Assembly: GCF_003334255.1 (NCBI RefSeq)
Contig: NZ_QOWU01000014.1
Reading direction: 5' to 3' (one strand)
Length of the DNA: 64,000 nt
Source: Escherichia coli
GTDB lineage: Bacteria > Pseudomonadota > Gammaproteobacteria > Enterobacterales > Enterobacteriaceae
The translations under genes were made by a program, and so were the position numbers. The notes below the pieces were generated by a model, which searched no databases, was not told where the DNA came from, and saw only the letters and a list, made by a program, of their open reading frames with translations. This document shows, piece by piece, positions 28,464 to 39,490 of this stretch; positions within the stretch are counted from its first letter, which is position 1; every line of letters begins with the position of its first letter.

Positions 28464-29171
28464 ATGATATATAATAAAACGATAAATGGGTTGAAAGTTT
28501 TCATAAAAGATAATGATCCCTTTTATGAGCAAGTTCTAAATGACTTTTTAACTTGCAGGGTTAAAACATTAAAAGTTTTTCGTTCTATTGATGATACTAA
28601 AGTCATTCTTATTGACACTGCTCGTGGACCTCTTGTACTTAAAGTTTATGCGCCAAAGCATAAAATGACCGAACGTTTCTTAAAATCTTGCATAAAAAAA
28701 GATTATTATGAAAATTTAATTTATCAAACCGATCGGGTACGTGGTGAAGGCATCCAATCAATTAATGACTATTTTTTGCTAGCTGAACGTAAAACATTAA
28801 ATTTCGCTCATTATTATATTATGCTCATTGAGTATATTGAAGGTGTCGGGTTAAATGAGTATTTGGAAATTTCTGAAGATCTGAAGGATCAATTATCAGA
28901 ATCGATAAAAGAGTTGCATCAGCATGGAATGGTGTCTGGCGATCCTCATAAAGGAAATTTTATAGTATCCGAAAAAGGTTTAAGACTAATTGACCTTTCA
29001 GGTAAAAAAACAACCGCTGTTTTAAAAGCAAAAGATCGCATTGATCTTGAACGGCACTATAATATAAAAAATGAATTGAAAGACTTTGGCTATACATATC
29101 TTATATTCAAAAAGAAAATTAAAAAAGTAATCAGGGATGTAAAAGTCAAACTAGGATTGAAGAGCAAATAA
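28464..29171 (+). CDS. waaY: LPS core heptose(II) kinase
   Basis: 235-aa kinase-like ORF (LVLKVY...HGMVSGDPHKGNF) between the two GT8 genes. Confidence 0.75.
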   Translation: MIYNKTINGLKVFIKDNDPFYEQVLNDFLTCRVKTLKVFRSIDDTKVILIDTARGPLVLKVYAPKHKMTERFLKSCIKKDYYENLIYQTDRVRGEGIQSINDYFLLAERKTLNFAHYYIMLIEYIEGVGLNEYLEISEDLKDQLSESIKELHQHGMVSGDPHKGNFIVSEKGLRLIDLSGKKTTAVLKAKDRIDLERHYNIKNELKDFGYTYLIFKKKIKKVIRDVKVKLGLKSK

Positions 29172-29195
29172 TGATTATGATGAAGGGTAATTAAA

Positions 29196-30209
29196 TTGGA
29201 TTTTAAACATCTTACTCAATTTAAAGATATAATTGAACTGGACAAGCGCCCCGTTAAACTTGATGAACGGGAAACGTTTAATGTCTCATGGGGTATTGAT
29301 GAGAACTACCAGGTTGGGGCTGCGATTTCAATTGCTTCAATTCTTGAAAATAATAAACAAAACAAATTTACCTTTCACATAATCGCTGATTACTTAGACA
29401 AAGAGTATATTGAATTATTATCACAATTAGCAACGAAGTATCAAACAGTAATTAAATTATATCATATTGATTCTGAGCCATTGAAGGCGCTACCTCAATC
29501 AAATATCTGGCCAGTATCTATTTATTATCGTTTGCTTTCATTTGATTATTTTTCTGCGCGATTGGATTCATTATTATATCTTGATGCTGATATCGTCTGT
29601 AAGGGTTCATTGAACGAGTTAATAGCATTAGAGTTTAAAGATGAATATGGGGCAGTGGTAATTGATGTAGATGCTATGCAAAGTAAAAGCGCTGAGCGTT
29701 TGTGTAATGAGGATTTTAACGGTAGCTATTTTAACTCTGGTGTAATGTATATTAATTTACGGGAATGGTTAAAACAAAGACTAACGGAAAAATTCTTTGA
29801 TCTATTATCAGATGAGTCAATTATAAAAAAATTAAAGTACCCGGATCAAGATATTTTAAACTTAATGTTTCTACATCATGCTAAAATATTACCGAGAAAA
29901 TATAATTGTATTTATACTATAAAGTCAGAATTTGAAGAAAAAAATAGTGAATATTACACCCGGTTTATTAATGATGACACTGTCTTCATACATTATACTG
30001 GTATAACTAAGCCATGGCATGATTGGGCGAACTACGCCTCTGCAGATTATTTTCGTAATATTTATAATATATCACCATGGAGAAATATACCTTATAAAAA
30101 AGCTGTTAAAAAACATGAGTACAAAGAAAAATATAAACACTTGCTTTACCAGAAAAAATTTCTCGATGGTGTTTTTACAGCAATTAAATATAATGTTATG
30201 AAAGGTTAA
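29196..30209 (+). CDS. waaJ: GT8-family outer-core glycosyltransferase (WaaJ-like)
   Basis: 337 aa with GT8 motif YLDADIVCKGSL; paralogous to the 27431-28438 ORF. Confidence 0.7.
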   Translation: MDFKHLTQFKDIIELDKRPVKLDERETFNVSWGIDENYQVGAAISIASILENNKQNKFTFHIIADYLDKEYIELLSQLATKYQTVIKLYHIDSEPLKALPQSNIWPVSIYYRLLSFDYFSARLDSLLYLDADIVCKGSLNELIALEFKDEYGAVVIDVDAMQSKSAERLCNEDFNGSYFNSGVMYINLREWLKQRLTEKFFDLLSDESIIKKLKYPDQDILNLMFLHHAKILPRKYNCIYTIKSEFEEKNSEYYTRFINDDTVFIHYTGITKPWHDWANYASADYFRNIYNISPWRNIPYKKAVKKHEYKEKYKHLLYQKKFLDGVFTAIKYNVMKG

Positions 30210-30217
30210 TATACGAG

Positions 30218-31360
30218 ATGGTTGATAAAATAATATTTACGGTTACTCCTATTTTTTCAATTCCTCCTCGCGGAGCGGCTGCTGTTGAAACGTGGATGTA
30301 TCAGGTTGCTCAGCGTACCAATTTTCCAAATCGTATTGTTTGTATCAAAAATCCAGGATACTCAAATTACACCTTTGTTAATGATAATTGTAGTATTCAT
30401 AGGGTTGGATTCAGTCGCATATATAAGCGGTTATTTCAAAAATGGACAAGACTTGATCCTCTTCCATATTCACAGAGAATATTGAATATTGCACATGATT
30501 TTCCTATAACGAAAGAAAGTGTTATTGTAGTTCATAATAGCATGAAGCTATACACTCAAATTCGTAAGCGAGCTCCTCAGGCAAGAGTGGTTATACATAT
30601 GCATAATGCATTTGAACCAAAATTGCTTGAGCAAAATGTTAAAATGATAGTGCCTAGTTTATACTTGAAAAAGTATTACCAATCTTATTTAGCAAATGCA
30701 GATATTGAGATTGTACCAAATGGAATTGATTTAGAAACCTATCAATCTAATTTTCAGCCGATCACTAGAAGCGAACTTAATATCTCCCCTGAAGAGAAAA
30801 TTATTTTTTATGCTGGGCGTATCGTCCCTGACAAAGGCATATTGCTGTTGATGCAATCATTCGAAAAATTGGCCGCTGCTCACAAAAATTTAAAATTAGT
30901 TGTGATTGGTGATTATACAGAAATGAGTAAAAGTGACAAAGGTGCATATCAACGCAATGTCAGGGAAATTGCAAAACGTTTGAAGGATCGTTGCATTATG
31001 TTAGGAAGCATACCGCCTGAAAAGATGCATTGTTATTACCCACTGGCAGATTTAGTCGTCATTCCTTCCCAGTTCCAGGAACCATTTTGCATGGTGGCAA
31101 TTGAAGCTATGGGTGCTGGTAAGCCTGTTTTAGTGAGTACGCGTGGGGGGATGACGGAATTTGTCAAAGAAAATACTACGGGATTCCATTTAAAAGAACC
31201 TATGACTGCAGACTCCATAAGCAGCGATATTTTAAAAACGTTAGCGAATCCTGAATTAACAGCAGTTGCAAAGCAAGGTCAGGACTTTGTGTTTGATCAC
31301 TACAGTTGGGATGGCGTAACTCAAAGATTCGAAGAGGTTATTCATAATTGGTTTGAATAA
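30218..31360 (+). CDS. waaD: GT4-family glycosyltransferase (WaaD-like, R3 outer core)
   Basis: 380 aa with retaining-GT4 C-terminal motif (FQEPFCMVAIEAMGAGKPV); last gene of the waaQ operon before convergent waaL. Confidence 0.65.
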   Translation: MVDKIIFTVTPIFSIPPRGAAAVETWMYQVAQRTNFPNRIVCIKNPGYSNYTFVNDNCSIHRVGFSRIYKRLFQKWTRLDPLPYSQRILNIAHDFPITKESVIVVHNSMKLYTQIRKRAPQARVVIHMHNAFEPKLLEQNVKMIVPSLYLKKYYQSYLANADIEIVPNGIDLETYQSNFQPITRSELNISPEEKIIFYAGRIVPDKGILLLMQSFEKLAAAHKNLKLVVIGDYTEMSKSDKGAYQRNVREIAKRLKDRCIMLGSIPPEKMHCYYPLADLVVIPSQFQEPFCMVAIEAMGAGKPVLVSTRGGMTEFVKENTTGFHLKEPMTADSISSDILKTLANPELTAVAKQGQDFVFDHYSWDGVTQRFEEVIHNWFE

Positions 31361-31362
31361 AT

Positions 31363-31395
31363 AAAAAGGCCGCATTATGCAGCCTTTTTTATTTT
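31363..31395. terminator. bidirectional rho-independent terminator between waaD and waaL
   Basis: AAAAAGGC...GCCTTTTTT perfect stem with A-run on one side and T-run on the other. Confidence 0.8.
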
Positions 31396-32604
31396 TTACT
31401 TGTTTTTCATCGCTAATAATAAGCCGGCGTAAACGCCTAATAAATTTGGTTCAATTTGTTCTACGTTTCCACGGATAACAAAATAACCTATAAAAGATAG
31501 TAAGATTATATAATATGCATTATATGGTGAGCGATATTTATTCTTGACGCCATTTTTTATACACTCTTTCAATATTGCACAGTATAGCATCATAAGACTT
31601 ACCAGCCCTAATAAACCAGTGCCAAACCAGATGAATAGCGCAAAATTATGTGGCCCTATTGATTGTCTAAAGGTCCATTCTGGATAATCAATGACACGTT
31701 TATTATAGACATCTTTATATGCAACGTTACCGTAACCATAACCAATAACAGGATTTTCTAATATTAGATCGAGTGCGCTGCCTTGAGTACCATTTGCATA
31801 GCGATAAGAACTATTAGTTTGTTGAAGTTTATACGTTAGCTTTGCGGTCATCTCCTTATGTGTGAAAATAACCGACAATGCAATGATGGCAACCATTACT
31901 CCTACTAATAGTAACTTCCATTGTTTAAACATCAGAATCCATATTAATCCAATGACTAACACGGAAAGCCAGGCCCCTCTGGATAAAGTTCCTAATATCA
32001 GAAAAATAAAAATAACGCTTAGAACCACAAAAGAAATGCGGTATTTTGCTGATTTGATAAGCCAGAGATTTAACAATGCAGGGAATAAAAAGACCATCGA
32101 GTCAGAAATGCTACGGTGTCTATAATCTGCGAATGGCATTATCCCTTGTTGATAGTCCTTATAATAGGTAATCAATTCAGAAAAACAGCGTAAGCCCAAC
32201 GCACTAATAAATGAGAAGAAAACGATTTTTTCGACATCTTCTCTTTTCTCGTCTCTCAATATGATCGGTATTGCTATTGTGCATAGTAAAGTATTCTCAA
32301 TAATAGCTTTGAAAATTTCCTTCATGCTAGCACCTGCATCAGGGGATTGAAGAAGTGACAGCAATGCAGCAATAGTTAATATGGCAACACTACCAAAAAG
32401 AAATGTTTTAAATAGTGAGAGATAGTGTTTTGGCCGTTTGCAGAGATAGACGATTGTCGTTATTGTCATAAGAATAACAATAAGATGTTTATACCTTGTA
32501 ATCCCACCCAAAAAATAGGTGGTAATGAATAAGAATACGAGAGCTCTGTTCCAGTACGCTATCCAGTTTTTTTTCTCGAGAGAGAAAAATAATGTTGAGG
32601 TCAT
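31396..32604 (-). CDS. waaL: O-antigen ligase
   Basis: 402-aa polytopic membrane protein downstream of waaC in the hldD-waaF-waaC operon; AT-rich. Confidence 0.8.
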   Translation of the reverse strand: MTSTLFFSLEKKNWIAYWNRALVFLFITTYFLGGITRYKHLIVILMTITTIVYLCKRPKHYLSLFKTFLFGSVAILTIAALLSLLQSPDAGASMKEIFKAIIENTLLCTIAIPIILRDEKREDVEKIVFFSFISALGLRCFSELITYYKDYQQGIMPFADYRHRSISDSMVFLFPALLNLWLIKSAKYRISFVVLSVIFIFLILGTLSRGAWLSVLVIGLIWILMFKQWKLLLVGVMVAIIALSVIFTHKEMTAKLTYKLQQTNSSYRYANGTQGSALDLILENPVIGYGYGNVAYKDVYNKRVIDYPEWTFRQSIGPHNFALFIWFGTGLLGLVSLMMLYCAILKECIKNGVKNKYRSPYNAYYIILLSFIGYFVIRGNVEQIEPNLLGVYAGLLLAMKNK

Positions 32605-33593
32605 CTTATCTCCGATGTCAACTTATTGGTTATTATTTCAAGATTTAAATTTTGAAAAACGGTTTGAGCTGGCAAATCTGCAAGAGACATACTTGTAGAA
32701 CGACACTCTACTTGATTCTTCCCATACCCACCAATTAATCCCGGATCGGTTGGTCCATAAACCGTGATATTGGGTCTATCCAGTGCCGCCGTTAAATGGC
32801 TTAACCCCGTATCCACCGACACTACAAATTTAGCCCCGGCCAGCACGCGGGCAACGCCTTCCAGACTCATCTTCGGCAATACTTCAACATAAGCAAATCC
32901 TTCCGCCAGTCGTTTCGCCCGTTCTTCCTCATGCGGCGCGCCCCACGGAAGTTTAATCCGTATTCCTGAATCAGCCAGTAAACCAATCAATTCTCGCCAG
33001 TGTTCTTCCGGCCAGTGTTTATCATCACGGGTCGTCGCATGAAGAAATACGGCATATTCGCCAGCATCTGTAGGCAGGTTCGTCAGAAAATGCTGTGCGA
33101 TAGCATAATCGCCCTGGGTTTGCGGTTTGCTATAGCCCAAACTTTTGGCAAACAGTTCGCGGGTGCGTTCTACGGCGTGCTGCTGTTTTGCAATATGATG
33201 CTTACGATTGTAAAACAGGCTGGCTAAAGGTTCGCGAGCGGTTTGCCAGTCCATGCCATGCTTTACGCCATGCGCCAGACGCGTCACCAGCGCCGCGCTT
33301 TTTACCAGCCCCTGAGCGTCGATAACTGCGTCATAGTTCTCTGCTTGTAGCGCTTCACGAAACGCTTTGCGTTCCGCTTTTATGGGGGCCGAGAACCAGG
33401 CTTTACGCCAGCGACGTATTGCCACAGGAATAACTCGCTCAACGGCAGCGTGCCAGGAAGGAATCTGTGCGAACCCTTCTTCCACCACCCAGTCAAACTT
33501 AATCCCTGGGATTGCCTGCTGGGCATCAGTGAGTGCGGGCAACGTATGGAGAACATCGCCCATCGACGATGTTTTAACGATCAAAACCCGCAT
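32601..33593 (-). CDS. waaC: LPS heptosyltransferase I (GT9)
   Basis: 330 aa MRVLIVKTSSMGDVLHTLPAL; stop overlaps waaL start. Confidence 0.9.
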   Translation of the reverse strand: MRVLIVKTSSMGDVLHTLPALTDAQQAIPGIKFDWVVEEGFAQIPSWHAAVERVIPVAIRRWRKAWFSAPIKAERKAFREALQAENYDAVIDAQGLVKSAALVTRLAHGVKHGMDWQTAREPLASLFYNRKHHIAKQQHAVERTRELFAKSLGYSKPQTQGDYAIAQHFLTNLPTDAGEYAVFLHATTRDDKHWPEEHWRELIGLLADSGIRIKLPWGAPHEEERAKRLAEGFAYVEVLPKMSLEGVARVLAGAKFVVSVDTGLSHLTAALDRPNITVYGPTDPGLIGGYGKNQVECRSTSMSLADLPAQTVFQNLNLEIITNKLTSEIR

Positions 33594-33596
33594 CCG

Positions 33597-34643
33597 TCAG
33601 GCTTCCTCTTGTAACAATAGCGCGTTGAGTTCTTCCAGTACGCGCTGGGGAGTAATGTCGATTAAGCTCTGGTGATAACCCTCCGCAGCGTCACCTTTAC
33701 GCACTTTGTGATAGCCGGTAATCAAACGGATCACGCGCGCTTTATGGGATAGCGGCGGTGTGAAGTCCGGGCTACTCGGACCATACAGGGCAACCAGCGG
33801 ACGATTGAGCGCCGCCGCAACATGCATCAGGCCAGAATCGTTAGTGACAATGGCTTTACAGGCTGCAATCAGGATAACCGCTTGATCAAGCTGTGTTTCC
33901 CCCGCCAGGTTCCGACACCATGCCTGCTGCTCGGTATTCAAAGCGGCAAGAATCTCATTGCCCGCTTCATGATCTTTCGCCGAGCCAAACAGAACCACCT
34001 GATAACCTTCATCAATCAGCTGCTTTGCCAGCTCCGCATAGTGGTAGTGTGGCCAGCGTTTTGCCGGACCAAACTCCGCACCCGGGCAAAAACCAATCAT
34101 CGGACGTTCTGATGAAAGCGAAAATTGATTACAGGTATATGATTTTTCACCTTCGCTCACCTGCAACTGCGGCCATAACAATGGCTGCGGCAGATCTTGT
34201 GCTGTGCGCATAATGCCTTTGTCATAGGCCAGCGCTATATAGCGTTCCACCATTAGCGGCCAGGCTTCTTTATCGAGCACGCGTACATCGTTGAGTAAAC
34301 CGTAGCGCATCTCGCCGCGCCAGCCGGTGCGATGAGGAATACCCGCGAAGAAAGGCACTAATGCAGATTTGAAGGAGTTGGGTAAGACGTAGGCGCGGTC
34401 GTAGCGCTTTTCACGCAGGCTATGACCCAGTTTGCGGCGTTCGCCGATTTCCAGCGCTCCGTGACCGAGAGGCATAGGAATAGCTTCGTTAACTTCCGGC
34501 ATCCGCGATAATAATGGACGGCACCATGCCGGTGCCATCACATCGATTATCGCCTGGGGATAGCGCGCCTGGAGCGTGCGATAGAGACTTTGCGACATCA
34601 TCATGTCGCCAACCCAAGACGGGCCGATCACCAGTATTTTCAT
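33597..34643 (-). CDS. waaF: LPS heptosyltransferase II (GT9)
   Basis: 348 aa MKILVIGPSWVGDMMMSQSLYRTL. Confidence 0.92.
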   Translation of the reverse strand: MKILVIGPSWVGDMMMSQSLYRTLQARYPQAIIDVMAPAWCRPLLSRMPEVNEAIPMPLGHGALEIGERRKLGHSLREKRYDRAYVLPNSFKSALVPFFAGIPHRTGWRGEMRYGLLNDVRVLDKEAWPLMVERYIALAYDKGIMRTAQDLPQPLLWPQLQVSEGEKSYTCNQFSLSSERPMIGFCPGAEFGPAKRWPHYHYAELAKQLIDEGYQVVLFGSAKDHEAGNEILAALNTEQQAWCRNLAGETQLDQAVILIAACKAIVTNDSGLMHVAAALNRPLVALYGPSSPDFTPPLSHKARVIRLITGYHKVRKGDAAEGYHQSLIDITPQRVLEELNALLLQEEA

Positions 34644-34652
34644 GCAGAGCTC

Positions 34653-35585
34653 TTATGCGTCGCGATTCAGCCAGGCCATGTATTCCGTTACACCTTCAGC
34701 AACGGTTTTGAACGGTTTGTCGTAACCCGCCGCGCGCAGATTCGTCAGATCTGCCTGAGTGAACGCCTGATAGCGGCCTTTCAGTTTATCCGGGAACGGA
34801 ATGTATTCGATCTGGCCTTTCTTGTGATAAGCCAGCGTAGCATCAGCTACCGCCTGGAAGGATTCCGCACGACCAGTACCGAGATTGAAGATGCCGGAAA
34901 CGCCATTTTCCAGGAACCACAGATTCACATCAGCCACGTCGCCCACATAGACGAAGTCGCGTTTGAAGTTCTCGCTACCTTCAAACAGCTTCGGTGATTC
35001 ACCGTTGTTAAGCTGGGTGTTGAGATGGAAAGCGACGCTCGCCATGCTGCCTTTATGGCCTTCACGCGGTCCATAAACGTTGAAATAACGGAAGCCAACA
35101 ATCTGCGAGTTCGCTTCAGGCAGGATTTGACGAACATATTCATCAAACAGGAATTTTGAGTAACCGTAGACGTTCAACGGTTTTTCGTACTCGCGGGATT
35201 CAATAAAGTCGGAGGTGCGTCCGCCGTAGGTGGCTGCGGAAGAAGCGTACAGGAACGGGATTTCACGCTCCAGGCAGTAGTGCAGCAGCTCCTTGGAGTA
35301 TTGATAGTTGTTATCCATCATATACTTGCCGTCCCACTCGGTGGTGGAAGAGCACGCGCCTTCGTGGAAAATCGCTTCGACATCGCCGAACTCTTCGCCA
35401 GCCATAATCTGGATCAGGAAGTCTTCCTTATCCATATAGTCTGCGATATTCAGATCCACCAGGTTCACAAACTTGGTGCCGTCTTTCAGGTTGTCCACCA
35501 CCAGAATATCGGTGATGCCTTTATCATTCAGGGCTTTAACGATGTTGCTGCCGATAAAGCCCGCGCCGCCGGTAACGATGATCAT
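34653..35585 (-). CDS. hldD: ADP-L-glycero-D-manno-heptose 6-epimerase
   Basis: 310 aa [23 protein letters not shown] (Rossmann GxGxxG). Confidence 0.93.
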
Positions 35586-35873
35586 AACTGTAACCTTCGA
35601 ATTATGGAGTCAGAGACAATCTCAGACACGAATGTCTGTAATCATACCATCACATCCGAATCCCTTCAGCCCTTTACATAGAGGTGCAAGGATGCTAATT
35701 GCAACAAACTAGTTTGGGTTTTAGCTAGTCCTTCATGGCGGATGTTGGTTTTGCATGTGAATAGTGCTTTAGTATCAATATTCCGATGTATGATAAATAA
35801 CGGAAGCATTTGAATGGATAATATACAGTATACATTCTATTAATATTTATGATATAATTCTTTTTTTATATTA

Positions 35874-36746
35874 ATGGTCTTATTAGTAATGAAATCATCC
35901 ACCACAATTATCACTGCATATTTTGACATTGGTAGAGGGGATTGGACTGCTAATAAAGGGTTCCGTGAAAAACTAGCTCGTTCAGTTGATGTTTATTTTA
36001 GTTACTTTGAGCGTCTGGCCGCACTTGAAAATGAGATGATTATTTTCACTTCTCCCGATTTGAAACCAAGGGTTGAAGCGATTCGCAACGGAAAACCAAC
36101 AACGGTTATCGTTATCGATATAAAAAAGAAATTTAGATATATCAGAAGTCGTATCGAAAAAATTCAAAAAGATGAGTCGTTTACAAATAGACTTGAGCCT
36201 CGACAATTAAAAAACCCAGAGTACTGGTCACCAGAGTATGTTTTGGTATGTAACCTTAAGGCCTATTTTGTAAATAAAGCTATCAACATGGGCTTAGTGA
36301 AAACGCCTCTTGTTGCGTGGATAGATTTTGGCTATTGCCGTAAGCCAAATGTAACTCGAGGATTGAAAATTTGGGATTTCCCATTTGATGAAAGTAAGAT
36401 GCATCTTTTCACTATAAAAAAAGGGCTTACTGTCACATCTCAACAACAGGTTTTTGATTTCATGATTGGCAATCATGTATATATTATTGGGGGCGCAATT
36501 GTTGGTTCACAGCATAAATGGAAAGAATTCTATAAATTAGTTCTGGAAAGTCAAAAAATAACACTAAATAATAACATTGTGGACGATGACCAGGGCATTT
36601 TTGTCATGTGCTATTACAAACGCCCCGATCTCTTCAACCTAAACTATCTGGGGAGAGGAAAATGGTTCGATTTGTTTCGCTGCTTCAGGAGTAACACTTT
36701 AGGGGCAAAAATGCAGGCGCTGAGAATTTTCCTTTCAAGAAAATAG
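35874..36746 (+). CDS. htrL: HtrL (YibB) family protein
   Basis: 290-aa AT-rich ORF between hldD and kbl; alternative start at 35889 gives 285 aa. Confidence 0.75.
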   Translation: MVLLVMKSSTTIITAYFDIGRGDWTANKGFREKLARSVDVYFSYFERLAALENEMIIFTSPDLKPRVEAIRNGKPTTVIVIDIKKKFRYIRSRIEKIQKDESFTNRLEPRQLKNPEYWSPEYVLVCNLKAYFVNKAINMGLVKTPLVAWIDFGYCRKPNVTRGLKIWDFPFDESKMHLFTIKKGLTVTSQQQVFDFMIGNHVYIIGGAIVGSQHKWKEFYKLVLESQKITLNNNIVDDDQGIFVMCYYKRPDLFNLNYLGRGKWFDLFRCFRSNTLGAKMQALRIFLSRK

Positions 36747-37020
36747 GTTTCCCTCCATTAGTGGGTAGCGTTTTGATACCAACTGAGATAGGAAAAATGA
36801 TGCTTTGGCATCATTTTTTCTTTTTATATCAATGCAGTAAAATCAATCATCATTATGCCCAGCCAAAACTGTACAGTTTTTCTACTATCTGTAGGTGTTG
36901 AGAGACATCAAGTTACACGTTATTTATCCTGAATTTTGCAGAAGTGTTAACGCGTTATCTCGTCGCGACCTATAAGTTTGGGTAATATGTGCTGGAATTT
37001 GCCCTGTCTGGAGAATCGCA

Positions 37021-38217
37021 ATGCGTGGAGAATTTTATCAGCAGTTAACCAACGATCTGGAAACCGCACGGGCGGAAGGGTTGTTTAAAGAAGAGCGCAT
37101 TATTACGTCTGCGCAGCAAGCAGATATCACTGTGGCTGATGGAAGCCACGTCATTAACTTTTGTGCCAACAACTATCTCGGGCTGGCGAATCATCCTGAT
37201 CTGATTGCGGCGGCAAAGGCGGGAATGGATTCTCACGGTTTCGGCATGGCTTCGGTGCGTTTTATTTGCGGCACTCAGGACAGCCATAAAGAGCTTGAAC
37301 AAAAACTGGCGGCCTTCCTGGGGATGGAAGATGCGATTCTCTACTCTTCCTGCTTTGATGCTAACGGTGGCCTGTTTGAAACGCTTCTGGGTGCGGAAGA
37401 CGCCATTATCTCCGACGCACTGAACCACGCGTCTATTATTGATGGTGTGCGTCTGTGCAAAGCTAAACGCTATCGCTATGCCAACAACGATATGCAGGAG
37501 CTGGAAGCACGTCTGAAAGAAGCGCGTGAAGCCGGTGCGCGTCATGTGCTGATCGCCACCGATGGTGTGTTCTCAATGGACGGCGTGATTGCCAACCTGA
37601 AGGGCGTTTGCGATCTGGCAGATAAATATGATGCCCTGGTGATGGTAGACGACTCCCACGCGGTCGGTTTTGTCGGTGAAAATGGTCGTGGTTCCCATGA
37701 ATACTGCGATGTGATGGGCCGGGTCGATATTATCACCGGTACGCTTGGTAAAGCGCTGGGCGGGGCTTCTGGTGGTTATACCGCGGCGCGCAAAGAAGTG
37801 GTTGAGTGGCTGCGCCAGCGTTCTCGTCCGTACCTGTTCTCCAACTCGCTGGCACCGGCCATTGTTGCCGCGTCCATCAAAGTACTGGAGATGGTCGAAG
37901 CGGGCAGCGAACTGCGTGACCGTCTGTGGGCGAACGCGCGTCAGTTCCGTGAGCAAATGTCGGCGGCGGGCTTTACCCTGGCGGGAGCCGATCACGCCAT
38001 TATTCCGGTCATGCTTGGTGATGCGGTAGTGGCGCAGAAATTTGCCCGTGAGCTGCAAAAAGAGGGCATTTACGTTACCGGTTTCTTCTATCCGGTCGTT
38101 CCGAAAGGTCAGGCGCGTATTCGTACCCAGATGTCTGCGGCGCATACCCCTGAGCAAATTACGCGTGCAGTAGAAGCATTTACGCGTATTGGTAAACAAC
38201 TGGGCGTTATCGCCTGA
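37021..38217 (+). CDS. kbl: 2-amino-3-ketobutyrate CoA ligase
   Basis: 398-aa PLP-dependent transferase. Confidence 0.93.
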   Translation: MRGEFYQQLTNDLETARAEGLFKEERIITSAQQADITVADGSHVINFCANNYLGLANHPDLIAAAKAGMDSHGFGMASVRFICGTQDSHKELEQKLAAFLGMEDAILYSSCFDANGGLFETLLGAEDAIISDALNHASIIDGVRLCKAKRYRYANNDMQELEARLKEAREAGARHVLIATDGVFSMDGVIANLKGVCDLADKYDALVMVDDSHAVGFVGENGRGSHEYCDVMGRVDIITGTLGKALGGASGGYTAARKEVVEWLRQRSRPYLFSNSLAPAIVAASIKVLEMVEAGSELRDRLWANARQFREQMSAAGFTLAGADHAIIPVMLGDAVVAQKFARELQKEGIYVTGFFYPVVPKGQARIRTQMSAAHTPEQITRAVEAFTRIGKQLGVIA

Positions 38218-38226
38218 GGATGTGAG

Positions 38227-39252
38227 ATGAAAGCGTTATCCAAACTGAAAGCGGAAGAGGGCATCTGGATGACCGACGTTCCTGTACCGGAACTCGGGCA
38301 TAACGATCTGCTGATTAAAATCCGTAAAACAGCCATCTGCGGGACTGACGTTCACATCTATAACTGGGATGAGTGGTCGCAAAAAACCATCCCGGTGCCG
38401 ATGGTCGTGGGCCATGAATATGTCGGTGAAGTGGTAGGTATTGGTCAGGAAGTGAAAGGCTTCAAGATCGGCGATCGCGTTTCTGGCGAAGGCCATATCA
38501 CCTGTGGTCATTGCCGCAACTGTCGTGGTGGTCGTACCCATTTGTGCCGCAACACGATAGGCGTTGGTGTTAATCGCCCGGGCTGCTTTGCCGAATATCT
38601 GGTGATCCCGGCATTCAACGCCTTCAAAATCCCCGACAATATTTCCGATGACTTAGCCGCAATTTTTGATCCCTTCGGTAACGCCGTGCATACCGCGCTG
38701 TCGTTTGATCTGGTGGGCGAAGATGTGCTGGTTTCTGGTGCAGGTCCGATAGGTATTATGGCTGCGGCGGTGGCGAAACACGTTGGTGCACGCAATGTGG
38801 TGATCACCGATGTTAACGAATACCGCCTTGAGCTGGCGCGCAAAATGGGTATCACCCGTGCGGTTAACGTCGCGAAAGAAAACCTTAATGATGTGATGGC
38901 TGAACTGGGCATGACCGAAGGCTTTGATGTCGGTCTGGAAATGTCCGGCGCGCCGCCAGCGTTTCGTACCATGCTCGATACCATGAACCACGGCGGTCGT
39001 ATTGCGATGCTGGGTATTCCACCGTCTGACATGTCTATCGACTGGACCAAAGTGATCTTTAAAGGCTTGTTCATTAAAGGCATTTACGGTCGTGAGATGT
39101 TTGAAACCTGGTACAAGATGGCGGCGCTGATTCAGTCTGGCCTCGATCTCTCGCCGATCATTACCCATCGTTTCTCTATCGATGATTTCCAGAAGGGCTT
39201 TGACGCCATGCGTTCGGGCCAGTCCGGGAAAGTTATTCTGAGCTGGGATTAA
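38227..39252 (+). CDS. tdh: L-threonine 3-dehydrogenase
   Basis: 341-aa zinc alcohol dehydrogenase family ([15 protein letters not shown]). Confidence 0.93.
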   Translation: MKALSKLKAEEGIWMTDVPVPELGHNDLLIKIRKTAICGTDVHIYNWDEWSQKTIPVPMVVGHEYVGEVVGIGQEVKGFKIGDRVSGEGHITCGHCRNCRGGRTHLCRNTIGVGVNRPGCFAEYLVIPAFNAFKIPDNISDDLAAIFDPFGNAVHTALSFDLVGEDVLVSGAGPIGIMAAAVAKHVGARNVVITDVNEYRLELARKMGITRAVNVAKENLNDVMAELGMTEGFDVGLEMSGAPPAFRTMLDTMNHGGRIAMLGIPPSDMSIDWTKVIFKGLFIKGIYGREMFETWYKMAALIQSGLDLSPIITHRFSIDDFQKGFDAMRSGQSGKVILSWD

Positions 39253-39256
39253 CACG

Positions 39257-39285
39257 AAAAAGGGCTGGTATTCCAGCCCTTTTGC
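39257..39285 (+). terminator. rho-independent terminator after tdh
   Basis: AAAAAGGGCTGG-TATT-CCAGCCCTTTT hairpin. Confidence 0.8.
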
Positions 39286-39490
39286 CTGAGGATAATCCGT
39301 TAAATATGTAAAATCCTGTCAGTGTAATAAAGATATCGTAATTGCGCTGATCTCTTATATAGCTGCTCTCATTATCTCTCTACCCTGAAGTGACTCTCTC
39401 ACCTGTAAAAATAATATCTCACAGGCTTAATAGTTTCTTAATACAAAGCCTGTAAAACGTCAGGATAACTTCAGAGGTCGTCGGTAATTT

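Noticed and set aside
27431-32604. Mobile element or prophage as the source of the AT-rich waa block
   Set aside because: No transposase, integrase, inverted terminal repeats or tRNA attachment site; gene content is entirely LPS core biosynthesis.
37573-39255. Minus-strand ORFs of about 200 aa opposite kbl and tdh
   Set aside because: Antisense to well-supported genes; no ribosome-binding site or domain evidence.
39310-39335. Possible Pho box (CTGTCAGTGTAATAAAG) upstream of waaH
   Set aside because: Only the first 7-bp half matches the CTGTCAT repeat; the second half is poor, so not called.
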